64,000 nt of DNA from Antedon mediterranea (GCF_964355755.1 NC_092672.1:20907237-20971236); one strand, 5' to 3'; positions 39,018-53,478 are shown, numbered from the stretch's first letter. Made by a program: numbers and translations. The notes: a model not told the origin generated them from the sequence alone.

Positions 39018-39199
39018 CTGTCTACATAAAAACTCTTAAGGTGAAAAATATCTATTAAAAACTACTAACAATGGTGTAGCTTAAAGGCCTACTTTAAATA
39101 GTGCTACATCAACTATGATACAACTACTTACTGTGTACTTTTAATAGGTAGTACCTATGTCACCTATCTATTTTATGTAGTCAGAAAGTGAAGAGAATA

Positions 39200-39550
39200 T
39201 TTGATTACAGATACAGTACAGATACAGATTTTAACTTTTATTGTCCAAATAAACTGGAAATTGCATTTGCTCACTTATCACATAAAAATATCGTATAAAA
39301 ATAAAGTATAAAATGTAGAAAAACAATATAAAAATACACAATGATAAGATAGTACATCATAAAATTACAGTTCATAAATATTTAAGTTAAAAATAAAGAT
39401 CATTACAAAACGGTTTAAAAAGTGTCTTATATTTCATTATTAATAATATTATTATTATTGTTATTATCAAAATTATTAAAGTTACTTCTTAAAGTCATCG
39501 TTAAATTTTTTAATCCCAGCTGGGAGAAACGAATTTGAGTATCGACCCTC
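39200..39550 (-). mobile_element. LINE 3' fragment (Rex1/Babar- or CR1-like)
   Basis: Minus-strand RYSNSFLPAGIKKFN (39545-39500) matches the R..NSF.P.AI..LN C-terminal motif; (atacag)n tail and tttattgtcc...ggaaatt 3' end. Confidence 0.6.
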
Positions 39551-40581
39551 TTAATTTATTTTAAAGTCAGGTTTTTCAAAATGTACCCAGCTTTGTCAAT
39601 AAATTATACAATATTGTGAAATAAGTAAATAATATTCTAATTTTAGCTATTTTATGTGAACATCATTCAATTTGAGGCCTCTAATATTAATCTCATATTA
39701 GTAAACATGTCCTACTATTTTATAACAATTTGATCAATTTTAAATTTGAGTGCTATAAAACTAAAATCTAAAAAACTTAGTTTTCTTCATCTTTCTGAGA
39801 TAAAATATTATTTGAATGCCTTTCTGATGAATTTGACAGTAAAACAAAGGTAATTTCATTGCAAACCATTGTTTATATCACCATGGTTAAGGACAGTTTT
39901 AAAGAAGACTCAATAGGCCAAATTTGTTTTAGTTACGTTTCAGGATTTTAATTTCTTATTTTTTATTTGAGAAATGTACACAATTTTTTTAAAGATGGTC
40001 TTACAGTTCAGTTGTGTTTACATACCTTAGAGTGCTGTAATAAATGCTTTATTTTTTTTTTTATTACCATTAAAATATACAATGTAATAGATTAAAAAGT
40101 CATCCATCTCCAAAATTTGATTATAAAGAAAATGTGAAATTAATTAACATTTTGTTTTTATTTATTTTATCTTTCATATGTTATTACTCTATGATTTATA
40201 TATACAACAGCTTATGTATCTCTCAGTGTTCTTTCTTTTTAATTAATATTTGGTTAATTAAATTCCACAAATATAAAATTTATGGAGGGCGACATTTAAG
40301 TTTATCTAAATTGTGTGCACAATAAAAAGTAGTTTGCTATTCATTTTGTATAACAAACACATGGAATATTTTAAAACACATTTTTTTTCTATTGTTCACT
40401 AATCGTTATATACTTTATTGTTTTATAGCATTGCTATGTTTTAATATTGTTGGTGTTCCACTTTAGTGCTTGTTGACAATTAGGCTTAAATATAGTTGTT
40501 ACTGTGTGCAAAACAATATCAGTTTTTTGTGGCAACAGTGTACAGTTATATGCTCTAATTTAAAATATAATCTTTATCTTT

Positions 40582-40788
40582 GGAGTGGATTGGTGGTTAT
40601 GATGCTTGGCTACCAATCTAAGGGTCCTGGGTTCAAGTCCTGTCATATGTCAGGGTTTTTTTCTCATGAAATTATTAAATAGTTTATCCATCCTGTAATT
40701 GGCGGGTTACTTGCTGTTGGATGAGTATGAAATAAAATAAAAAAAAAATAAAAAATAAAAAAATAAAAAAAAAAATAAAAATAAAATA
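40582..40788 (+). mobile_element. tRNA-derived SINE
   Basis: A-box-like tggattggtgg and B-box ggttcaagtcc, unrelated body, (aataaa/A)n tail at 40730-40788. Confidence 0.8.
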
Positions 40789-40945
40789 ATGTGTATTATT
40801 ATCAATACATAATGCTATATATTATATTTTTTCATGGTCATAAATTTCCATTTGAAACACTTTATAAAACATTGAAAACAATAGTGCCTCGACCATTTTA
40901 TTAAATTAATATTATTTTTTTTAACAGTATTTAATCAATAGTTAA

Positions 40946-41247
40946 AGGTGTAAAAACATGAAAAATGAAGATTAATTAAATCAGATTTTGAATATGTTAT
41001 TTTGTAGGTTTTAATAAAGTTAATCACTTCCTAAAAAAAAAAGGAAAAAAAAATGTTTTCACTTATAAAATTACAAAATAAATGGTTAAATTTAACCAAA
41101 AACCCATTGGCTGGCAGCCCAATTTTTTCTTTAAAATATTTAAATTTAAAAATGTTTCTGGTAACTACATTTTTTAGATAACTATTATGTTATATTAAAA
41201 TTGCACATTCAACAACAAAAATTTTTTTTCAGGAGGACAACACATCT
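40946..41247. mobile_element. Kolobok-like MITE (family A, copy 2)
   Basis: TTAA flanks; shares aaaaacatgaaaaatgaagattaattaaatcaga, ccattggctggcagcc and ggacaacacatct with 3008-3286. Confidence 0.7.
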
Positions 41248-42811
41248 TTAAAAAAAACACTTACATATGATTTTGTATTTTAAAAGTGCAATTTTCACAA
41301 ATTGTTTTTTAGACAAGTCGCTTAAATGCCCTATGATCCGTATGTTTTATAATGATCAAAGATTTTATTCATCATTTTTAGTAATGCATTTTGGCATACA
41401 CTCTTTTATTGTCAACACACTACCAACTCCGTGCACCACCTCCTCATCATTAAATAGTGAAGAGCAATGATATTAAAGGATGTACTGTAATATAGACCCA
41501 TATTAGACCCATTTTTAGTTTGTAATTATTTTTTCCATAATACATTACAAGGGCCTATACATTTTATATTACACAGTGCCCTCACTCATCATTTATTTAT
41601 TTTTTAACTTTCATTTTTTGTTCGCACTTTCAGTACAAGTGTACTGTTCGACAAAAACCAACGTGCTTGACGGTGATTATTTTGCTTTTTATTAAAGAAA
41701 AAAAATTAACAGAAAAAAAAAATAAAACTTGGTGTAAAACTTTGGTTGCAGCGCAAGTGAGTTGACCAATACTGGTAATTTGTTTAGTTTTATACCTGAT
41801 TAGGCCTAACTGTAATAATATCACAGGCTATAAACATATGCATACTATCAAATTTATATCCTTATGAATTTCAAGATTTCTTAACCGCTAAATACAACTT
41901 AGTTTTCCTGATATCTCTCTGAGATAAAACTTTGTTTGAATGCCTTTCTGTTAACACTTATTGATAGATTTGATAATAAAACAAAGGGATTGTCATTGGC
42001 AACCCTTATCACCATGGTGGTTAGGAAAAGACTGAATAAGCCAAATTGTTAAAGACTTTTCGTTTATGTCCAGGATTTGAATTATTTATTTTTTATGCAG
42101 GGAAATTACTATTAGTTAATCAATGAATTCTACTACAAATAGAAATATGATGTAAGTGCAATATTGTGGGCATGCAATGGAAATAGTAGGAGGAGGGGGG
42201 AGGGTTGTTTAATCCAAATGATGTTCTATGGGGGCGTTTATTCGTGGGGATTATTCAAAAGAGGGTGTTTATTGAAATTGTCATCCATGCACCCTACCGG
42301 GTCCCCATCTCTGAAACCTATCAGCTCCACAACCACACAGGCTCAGTACATTTTCTTGTAAAACGACCTTCACCTTCATTAACAACCCAGCGAATGGGTA
42401 TTTGATATGGAACACAATCTAAAAAGTTTGTCACCATGTCGAGATCGAATGACAGTCGATACTGAAACACACATGGAATTTAATTTAGTGATTTGAATAA
42501 AATAAATTTAATTAATTTCAAACAATGACAATTTATTTAAAAATTGATATTAAAATATAAAGCATTTTGTTCATTTAATCTGGGATGGCAATGGGGTAAA
42601 AAATAAATAATAATTGAAGCATAGCTAGTAAAATAGTTTGTTTAGCAGAATTGCTATGGAAGTTTACTCAATAATATAGTTCTACTATTGCCACTATTAC
42701 ATATCATTCTTGAATTATTAATTAAAACCAAACATGTTGAGTGCTTTTCTGCCTATTTAGCTTACATACATTTTGCCATTTTGGTGCATAATATCAGGTG
42801 AATAGCATTAA

Positions 42812-43371
42812 AGCTCAGGTACAGGCATGAATTTTAAATATAATATTTGGTTAATTGTACATAAATCAAATATTTGTAACAGAAATCAAGATGAAAAAAC
42901 ATGAATTTCCCTTAATATGGTCAAATACGAAATTTGGCAAAATTCTTCCATAAAAACCAGAAAGACCTTTCTTCAATAGGTGACTTCCTAGATGGTAAAA
43001 AAAGATGGTGGATTTACGGTGGATAATTTTTGCTATAACATGAAAATAAAAATCTGAAGTTGAATAAAAATATCAGAAATGTAATATTCAAGTTATAGTA
43101 CCTATATATATTCATCTGATAACATTTTTTACCACACCGTTTATTTTTCATAGCTTTTTAAAATGCCTCTTTATTTACAACATTTTTGTACAAAAGAATA
43201 GAGATTTTACCGTGTAATTTGAACTATCCCCCACTGATAAGAAAGTGCTTATTTTCAACAAGCTTGTGAAACACAAATAAAATCTAAAAAATTATGAAAC
43301 AAAGGGGAAACTTTAGATCGATAATTATTTGAATGTATGATCAATAGAAATTTTTTGCCCGCACCTAGCCT
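42812..43371. mobile_element. Kolobok-like MITE (family C) present only in unit 1
   Basis: TTAA flanks at 42808-11 and 43372-75; imperfect TIRs; absent from the paralogous site ~61470 (ggtgaatagtggtaaagttggcacc). Confidence 0.75.
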
Positions 43372-43663
43372 TTAAAGTTGGCACCACCAGCAGTTGATTG
43401 TATGTATCAGTTAAATGTTTTCGATTTTAATTTCCAGGGGCCCAGACCTTATATAATCATTGATACAACCTTATAGGTGTATTATTTATTCTACTGAACT
43501 AAAGTATCTTAACCCCCATCTATCTTATCTAATTTGTTAACTCTTCTCAAAATGAATTCACAAGGTTCTTCTAGATAACATAGTTTTTTTTTTAACTTGC
43601 TTATTTTATGTCTTGAAAATTAAATATGAATATTTGATTGAAAAAATGTATGAAAAGATGATG

Positions 43664-43850
43664 AAAATGAGAGCCTCTGTTTAGGCTGTACACCTTTATG
43701 TTTAAACAGTATAGTTGTAAAACAAAATGAGAGCCTCTGTTTAGGCTGTACACCTTTATGTTTAAACAGTATAGTTGTAAAACAAAATGAGAGCCTCTGT
43801 TTAGGCTGTACACTTTTATATTTTAAACAGTATAGTTGTAAAACAAAATG
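43664..43850. repeat. 60-bp tandem repeat x3 (single copy in unit 3 at ~61740)
   Basis: aaaatgagagcctctgtttaggctgtacac...gttgtaaaac x3. Confidence 0.95.
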
Positions 43851-46800
43851 TTAATGATAATGGTTTATTACATTCTATATACTTAAATTATGGCTAGTAT
43901 GGCTGTGTATTAATTATATAAACAGTTTAATTTTCTATTAATACCAAACATGTTGGATAATCATTTTACTAATATCCTAAAAAAGTTTATTGTTTAATAA
44001 TATTATGCTTTTATAAATAATCATAGTTATTATACTAAATAAAATACCAAAAAGTAATGAATTTATTATTTAAAGTATTTATTATTCTAATACAACAACA
44101 GAAATTAGTTTTGCTTATTATTAGTCTGTGAATCTTTTTAGTTTCTTTGTAATAATAGTTATTTCTTGTTTATATTGTTTTAAAAGTATTTGTACTAAAA
44201 AATATTAGTTTAATATGTAGTATTTTTAATGATTTAATTAACACAGTAGGCTGTGAATCATTTTAGTTGTATGCCTAATTACTGTAATAATATCACAAAT
44301 TGTTCAATATTATCTTATAGTTTAAAAAGTATACTAAAATTTAAGAAATTAAGACTCTTTGTACACATTTTGTACATCATTGATTTTTTATACCATTGCC
44401 ACCGCATTTTCGTTCTTTGAAATACCCATATACTGTTATATACATTAATATTTTTCTTTTTTTAGTAAGTGCCCTCTATGTTTTGATATTTTCCAAAATG
44501 TTATAGTGCACGCTATTAGTGTGGACATACTATCATAAAACCTCTCAATATTTCATTTGTTCAAGTTGAGATATCATACTTTAATTCATCGTTCACATCA
44601 GCAGTTGATTGAATGTAATGTTTAAATATTATCTACTCAACAAAAATATGTTCCATTTGTATAATGTACAGTAAGCATTAATAAACTTTACATTGTTTTT
44701 TCTTTGCCTATCTAAATACCCTATAAAGTATGAATACACATGTGGTTGATAACCACAATAAAATAAAATATAGATAAATTGGCCAGACAAATTGGTACGC
44801 ATACTGGCCCACATCTTTCTGTTTCACTACATTATACTGGTACTGCCAGTAACTGCGGCTGCTAATAATTTTATCAATTCCAATAATACAGACAACTATA
44901 AATACAAATAAAAAAAATATAAAAAACATCAATTTTTTCCCATAAAAAAGACTTTCTGAGATAACAGTTTCAATTATTGTTCTTTCTTCATTAAATGATA
45001 TTTTTTAAATTGTTATTCTATTTCATAATTTAAGAAACAAAGATTTATTATCACTTATTTTTGTTTAAAAATCAGTAGTAAACATTTTGTGTAACATAAA
45101 TATAGTTTGAATTACTAGACTATAGTACTATGCATATTCTGAGTGGCATTACTCTCTAAGGTTGGAGTGACCCACTCATACCCATACATTCTAGTGAACA
45201 AAAAAATGTATAATTTTTCATGAGCCTTCGTTATACAGCAGCAGCCGACAAACGTACTCGCTAATCAAAAAATTCATTATCTATATATACCCCATTCGCA
45301 AAAAATATTTACCATAGAGGAAGTATTGTTTTGACCATTAATTATTCAATGATAATCTGACGGTAATTATACTTAGCCCCTATGTTGACAGCCAAAACAT
45401 TGTTTATTGAACATAGGTCAAACTAATGTCTATATACATCTCATAGACTCTCTGTGCGCATGCCCAGTTTGAGTTAAAAAATTCCCATTTAGACTCTTTT
45501 CCCAGACGTGCTTTGAGGTGTGCTCATGTCCAGTTTGTGTTTCTAAATACCCATTTTTTTCAGCCTTAATAAACTATTATAAGCCTGCATTGTAAATGTT
45601 TCCTAATGCTTCCATTCTCCTGAATGTAACTGCCTACAAAAAAAAATTGTTGTGTACTTTTTGAAAATTTACTTTTTCATTCATTTTATTTACTGAAGTA
45701 TAAAACATTTCAATAGAATAAGCAATGATTTGATTGGAACATGTGATACAGCACTTTATTTGTTTATTGGTATACTCAGTATGCATGGTCTACTAGGAAA
45801 GTTGTATGTAGCCTCAGTGAATATTATTCACATCCTATACACAATGTATATCATTCCACTGTTTGTCTTCAATGTTCATCAACATAATATATTAATATTT
45901 ATTAGCTTTTTATAAAATCATTAGTTATAGGAATTATAGTATAGATAATTGTTAGTTGCATTGAATCTTTTTCAAATGTTGGTATATATACATGTGAATA
46001 AATAATGTGTATTTCTTTGTTATAATTACTGTATAATGATTTATTTCCAGTGATTTTTTTTTATATCTTTGAATTAAAAAGAATAACAATTTTTATGAAT
46101 TTGTTTTAATGTAAATTTTATTAATTTTTTGTAAGTCAATTCAATAAGTATAACACAAATAATAAAGATCTTAAAATCTATTAAACTGTATAAATGTTAA
46201 GTTTGCATTTCTTATGTACTGTATTGATTTTCAGATTCAATATTTTTCACATTGATATGATTTGTTAGGTTCTTGGTATTCTGGCATCAGCCAAACCTTT
46301 ACCCATTTTAATTCTCTGACAGGCTTGAGCTATTTAATTCAGGGAGGTATAAAAATGGTCATGGTATTTCTAAAAACTGTCCATTTGATCTAACAACTTT
46401 AAAAAATGAAACAAATATGGTTCAAAAAGATGTCTACAATTAAATTGTCCATCTTTTTTTTATCAGATTAAACTCAAGATTAACATTGTTACAATCAATA
46501 TTTAGACTAATATGCTACACTTGCAAGAACTTGTACTAGCTAAACTCCACCACCACACAATAGAGCAATGAACTATTCTTTGCTCTATCATCACATAAAG
46601 GATAATTAACATAATGAAGTTAGTTAAACATGCCCCTGAAAGTAAAAGTGTGTATGTCAAACCTTCAATAATTTAATATTTAAAAAAAAAAATATATAAA
46701 TAAAACTAAAAAGTGATTGATATTTAAATATCAGCAACAACATTTTGACATTAAAATTGAAATAATACAAATTTGTATAAAAGTATATAAAATAATTATC

Positions 46801-46992
46801 ATATTAAAAAAAAATGTATACAAAAGTAGAAATCAAATTCAGAAACTAATTTGACTTGGTTCATTGCGTATGATGATGCAGTAAATAGTTGCAAATTGAT
46901 TTTTGTAAAGTAACCCTCTGTATAAATTACATAACAAATGAATATGTGTAACTGTAAGATATAACCAATATTGTATGTATTTCATATTATAG

Positions 46993-47091
46993 AATGGTTG
47001 GACAGCTTTGCATTCAGCAGCATTCTCTGGAGAAACAGACTGTTGCAGCCTGCTGGTGAATGCAGGAGCAGGTGTCAATGTATCAGAAGAA
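46993..47091 (+). CDS. Ankyrin-repeat exon (NGWTALHSAAFSGETDCCSLLVNAGAGVNVSEE)
   Basis: 99 nt, tattatag| ... GAA|gtaagt, phase 0-0, ANK consensus. Confidence 0.95.
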
Positions 47092-48779
47092 GTAAGTCAT
47101 CTTCATTATTATTTATTTTCATTTTTAAATATACTGTATAACATTTTATTTTTTAATTATAATGGTCTTTTGGGTAATAATATTTAATGTATAAAACTTC
47201 ATTGATGCTGAAATTGGCATAATTTGAAGATATTCAATATATTTTTTTTTCTCTGATACTTAGTCATGAAAATTGCTATGACACTACATTAACATTTTGC
47301 CATGTATTTCCATTGAACAATTAAAACAATGAAAATTATAGTGTCAATTTTACTTAACTAAACTACAGCAACATGCTATATGCACAATTGAAATATATCA
47401 TCCTTATTCCAGTGTAGATATAGAGTAATTTAAACAGTATTATGAACACTACAATTTTTAAAAATTTTTATTTTTCTTTAGATCGTTATGATTTTGTATA
47501 TCTTAAAAGTTCATTTTTTACCAAAATGTTTTAACAACTTTTGAAACACTATGATTCTACCTATATATCACATAGAGGTACAAATGATCAAAGATGCTAG
47601 TTGATAGACATATAGACTGTATTCATTTACTTTATAATTATCATCATACTCATTTGCCATACTCTCCTTAATTCCTTTCAACAACATCACCACCAACTCC
47701 AACCACCTCCTGGTTATAGTCACCTCCACCAATCCCAAGAATGATGATGCAGAATTTGGTTGAGAGCTATAGTGATCTTTTAATACACACCACAATTATA
47801 GTTCTTTGTTATTAGGTTGTAATTATTTTTTCCATATACAATATAAGATACAGATAGTATATCTGCCACATTTATTCTTTCTTTATACTCGGGATTAACA
47901 AACATAAATAAAACTGAAATAGCGGCACAAATATAATTTTGTAAGTTATTTACCGTACCTAGTTTTTAACAAATCACCTTACATAATAATTACAGTATCA
48001 AACCACCATTACAATGTCATACAAAATGTAAAAATAAACAAATCATCATTAGCATGGTGATGATTGATCCATAGCAATATTTTTAGTCTATTTAAAAAAA
48101 TGTTTATTTCTTAACATTTATTTAAATATACTTACACACATAGTAAATTATAGTAAACAAAAAATAAAGGGAAATTGTTAACACTAAACAACCTACATTA
48201 GAGGTGAAAAACAACTAAGAAACACAAGAAAGCTTAAATGTTCTACACAACTGTAACAAGTTCAGAGTGTATCCAACATTTAACATTATGAAATATTTTA
48301 GACCACTGACAATGGTGATCACCAGTGCTTTGCAAAGTCTGTTTTATTCATTCATATTTTATCTCCATCATCCAACTTTATCAATCAAAACTTTTTTGAG
48401 GATAAACATACAGTAGCTATATGTAATGTAAGGTTCAACTTTAATAATTTTAAAAACATTTTCTAACATTAATGTTAAAAGATTACTTTTAAAAGAACTT
48501 ATATTATAATTTCAAATTTCAGTACAAGCTATTTAACAATTTAAAAAATATATATGCCAAGTTATTGTAGCATTACTTTATATTTTAATCAATGGATGTA
48601 AATGACTTTGCATTATATAAATGTATTACAATTGTTTATAAACTCTTTATTGTTGCAGTTTCTATTTCACTGTCAGTACAACTTTTTTTTAAACTAATAT
48701 TGACCTTGGTTCATCCTTGTTTCAGTTGGATATGGTCCTATCTTTTCAATTTACATTCGTGTTTTATTACATTATGGTT

Positions 48780-51700
48780 GTGTATTAATTATATAAACAG
48801 TTTAATTTTCTATTAATACCAAACATGTTGAATAATCATTTGACTAATATAAAAAAAATTGTTTAATAATATTATTCTTTTTGAAAATCAAATTTTCGTT
48901 CTAATATTATGCTTTTATAAATAATCATAGTTTAACTATACTAAATAAAATACCAAAAAGTAATGAATTTATTATTTAAAGTATTTATTATTCCAATACA
49001 CAACTGGAATTAGTTTTGCTTATTATTAGTGTCAGAATCTTTTTAGTTTCTTTGTAATAATAGTTATTTTATTTATTTTATTGATATTATTAAAGTATTA
49101 GTTTAATATGTAGTATTTTTAATGATTTAATTAACACAGTAGGCTGTGAATCATTTTAGTTGTATGCCTAATTACTGTAATAATATCACAAATTTTTTAA
49201 TATTATCTTATAGTTGAAAAAGTATATACTACAATTGAGTTGAGATCAGATGTCATACTTTAATTCATCGTTCACATCAGCAGTTGATTGAATGTAATGT
49301 TTAAATATTATCTACTCAACAAAAATATGTTCCATTTGTATAGTGTACAGTAAGAATTAATAAACTTTACATTATTTTTTCTTTGCGTATCTAAATACCT
49401 TATAAAGTATGAATACAAATGTGGTTGATAACCACAATAAAATAAAGTATAGATAAATTTGCCAGACAAATTGGTACGCATACTGGCCCACATCTTTCTG
49501 TTTCACTACATTATACTGGTACTGCTAGTAACTGCGGCTGCTAATAACTTTATCAATTCCAATAATACAGACAACAATGAATATAAATTTAAAAAAATAT
49601 AAAAAACATCAATTTTTTCCCATAAAAAAGACTTTCTGAGATAACAGTTTCAATTATTGTTCTTTCTTCATTAAATGATAATTTTTAAATTGATATTCTA
49701 TTTAATAATTTAAGAAATAAAGATTTATTATCAATTATTTTTGTTTAAAAATCACTATTAAACATTTTGTGTAACATAAATATAGTTTGAATTACTATAG
49801 ACTATAGTACTACTACTATGCATATTCTGAGTGGCATTACTCCCTAAGGTTGGAGTGACCACTCATATCCCAAGCATATTCCACTGAACAAAAAATGTAT
49901 AATTTTCCATGAGCTGTCGTTGTACAGCAGCAGCCGACAAACATACACACTAATCAAACAATTGTCATCTATATACACCCCATTCGGCAAAATATTTACC
50001 ATAGAGAAAGGATTGTTTTGACCATTATTCAATGATATATATGATGGTAATTATACTTGGCCTCTATGTTGACAGCCAAAACGCAGTTATTGTTTATTGA
50101 ACATAGGTCTTACAAACTAATGTCTGCATACTGTACATATTTCAAAGACCCTCTGTGCACATGCCCAGTTTGAGTTTACAAATTCCCATTTAGACTTTCT
50201 TACCAGACGTGCTTTGGGGTGTGCTCATGCCCAGTTTGTGTTTCTAAATACCCATTTTTTCAGCCTCAGTAACCTATTATAAGCTTCTGCATGGCTAATG
50301 CTTCCGTTCTCTTGAATGTAACTGCCTAAAGGACTGGTGCGAAAATTATTGTTTACTTTTGAAAATTAACTTTTTTATTTATTTTATTTACTGAAGTATA
50401 AAAAATGTTGATGGGATAAGCAATGATTATGGAACATACAGCACTTTATTTGTTTATTGGTATACTCCTGGTGAGCATGGTCTACTATGAAAGTTTTAGC
50501 CTCAGTGAATATTATTCACATCCTATACACAATATATTGAACTTTTTGTCTTCAATGTTCATCAAAATAATATATTAATATCAGATTATTTATTTTTGTT
50601 TTAAATTAGTTATATAGGATTTATATAATTTGTTATTAGATAATTGTTATAGTTGCATTAAATTTGTTTGAAATGTCAGTATGTATACATATGAATAAAT
50701 AATGTTTATTATTTCTTTTATAATTACTGTATAATGTCTTATTTCCAGTGATTGTTTTTGTTATATCCTTTAAATAAAAAGAATATAACATTTTTTTTGG
50801 TGTAAATTTTAATCATTTTAATAAGTCAATTCAATAAATATAAAACACAAATAATAAAGATGTTATAAAATCTATTAAAATGTATAAATTTTAAAATTTT
50901 TTACATTGATATGATTTGTTTGGCATCAGCCAAACCTTCACCCACTTTAAAGACAGGCTTGAGCTATCCAGGGAGGTAAAAAAATGGTCATGGTATAATA
51001 ATAATAATATAATAACCATGTGCAAGGCTTCCAATTGAAATGAAAGTACCAAAGCAATCGACAAAATAGGATATGCTACACTCACAATAACTTGTACTAG
51101 CTAATGCCACCATCACACCATAGAGCAATGAACTATTTCTTTGCTCTATGATCGCACAAAGGATAATTTAAATATATTAAAGTTTTAAACATGCCCCTGA
51201 AAGTAAAATTGTGTACACCAAACCAATCCAGTAATTTAATATTTAAACAATATTAAATTAAAAAAAGTTAAATAAGTTAAATACCAGGCAACAACATTTT
51301 TATGTAAAAACTGGAATAATAATAAAAATGTATACAAAAGTAGAAATTAAATTTAAAAAAGCTAATTTGATAGTATTTGTGTGCATTGCGTATATGATCA
51401 CACAGCAAATACAAGTTACAAATTGAATTTGAAAATTGACACTTAATGGATGTATAATTATACAAAATATTAATTAACCAATAAATATGTAAAAGATGTA
51501 ACTTGTGTGATTTTATATTTTAGGTTGGACACACAGCTTTGCATTTGGCAGCTATAGCAGGTCACTCAGCCTGCTGTAACCTTCTGGTTGATGCAGGGTC
51601 AGACATCAATATCCAAGACAGAGTAAGTTATACATTCTTTCAAAGTCATATTTTTTTATATTTTGTATTTTAAATATAATGATCTTTTGAGTAATAATAT

Positions 51701-53265
51701 CTGCATGTTATAATGCTATGTAATGTTTTTATTTAACTGTATTGATGCTAGAATTGGCATTAATTGAAGTTTTTCAATATATTTTTTTCTCTGATATTTA
51801 GTCATAAAAAGTGCTATGACACTATACATTTTGTCATGTTTAAACATTTCCATTGAACTCTTTATAAAACAATGAAAACTACAGCAACATACTATTGAAA
51901 TATAATACTTATTCCAAAGTGTAGATATACAGTAATTAAGTCGGAATTATGTACACTTCTATTACACAAAATTTAAATTTTTTTTAGTTCATTTTCACAA
52001 AACTGTTTAATAACTTTTGAAACACTATGATTCTACCTATATATCACAGAGGTACAAATGATCAAAGATGCTAGTTGATAGACATATATACTGTATTCAT
52101 TTATTTTATAATTATCATCATACTCATTTGCCATACTCTCCGCCATACTCTCCTTTATTCCTTTCAACAACAACACCACCAACTCCAACCACCTCCTGGT
52201 TATAGTCACCACCACCAATCCCAAGAATGATCAGGATGCAGAATTTGGTTGAGAGCTAAAGTGATCTTTTAATACACACCACAATTATAGTTCTTTGTTA
52301 TTAGGTTGTAATTATTTTTTCCATATACAATATAAGATACAGATAGTATATCTGCCACATTTATTCTTTCTTTATACTCAGGATTAACAAACATAAATAA
52401 AACTGAAATAGCGAAACAAATATAATTTTGTAAGTTATTTACCGTAGCTAGTTTTTAACAAATCACCTTACATAATAATTACAGTATCAAACCACCATTA
52501 CAATGTCATACAAAATGTAAAAATAAACAAATCATCATTAGCATAACTAGGTGATGATTTGGAATATTTTTAGTCTATTCAAAAAGATGTTTATTTCTTA
52601 ACATTTATTTAAATATACACACACACATAGTAAATTATAGTAAATACACAATACAAATAAAGGGAAATTGTTTAACACTAAACAACCTACATTAGAGGTG
52701 AAAAACAACAAAGAAAAACAAGAAAGTTGAACTAGACTTAAATGTTATACACAACTGTAACAATTTCAGAGTGTATCCAACATTTAACATTATGAAATAT
52801 TTTAGACCACTGACAATGGTGATCACCAGTGCTTTGCAAAGTCTGCAGTTGCACTTTATCATGTTTTATTCATTCATATTAATCTCCATCATCCAACTTT
52901 ATCAAACAAAACATTTTTGAGGATAAACATACAGTAGCTATATGTAAGGTTCAACTTTAATAATTTTAAGTTTAACATTTTCTAACATTAATGGTAAAAG
53001 ATTACTTTTAAAAGAACTTATATAGACAAATTTCAAATTTCAGTACAAGCTATTTAACAAAAATATATATGCCAAGTTATTGTAGCATAACTTTATATTT
53101 TAATCAATGGATGTAAATGACTTTGCATATATAAATGTATTACAATTGTTTATAAACTCTTCATTGTTGTAGATTCTATTTCAGTACAACCTTTTTTTAA
53201 ACTAATATTGACCTTGGTTCGTCCTTTGTTTCAGTTGGATATGGTCCTATTTTTTCAATTTACAT
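48780..53265 (+). repeat. Exon+intron cassette, unit 2
   Basis: Head-to-tail copy of 43905-48760, including its own ANK exon. Confidence 0.93.
51524..51622 (+). CDS. Ankyrin-repeat exon (VGHTALHLAAIAGHSACCNLLVDAGSDINIQDR)
   Basis: 99 nt, atattttag| ... AGA|gtaagt, phase 0-0, ANK consensus. Confidence 0.95.
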
Positions 53266-53478
53266 TATTGATTTGATTTAGACCAATTTCATACACATTT
53301 AGCAATATTTTTTTCATTTTTTAACTAATAATATGCATAGAAAATATTTATTTTACTACTACAATACCACATTAAGTGATTCTTTTATTAACTTTTTTAT
53401 GGCTTTAACAAGCTGAATTCTGTCATGAGACCAATATAATAGTCTTATAATAGACAATAAATTTCTATTGATCGTACA

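Larger units (their letters stand above)
33294..39189 (+). mobile_element. CACTA/EnSpm-like element, long copy lacking the right TIR
   Basis: Left ~230 bp and right ~400 bp match 28933-29704; ends abruptly at gtagtcagaaagt; carries several internal tandem arrays; no transposase ORF. Confidence 0.75.
42118..48775 (+). repeat. Exon+intron cassette, unit 1
   Basis: 42118-46060 aligns with 60768-64000; 43905-48760 aligns with 48780-53265. Confidence 0.93.

Noticed and set aside
40582-40650. Functional tRNA gene
   Set aside because: Acceptor and anticodon stems do not pair; continues into a SINE body and A-rich tail.
46839-47078. Minus-strand 79-aa ORF
   Set aside because: Antisense shadow of the ANK exon at 46993-47091.
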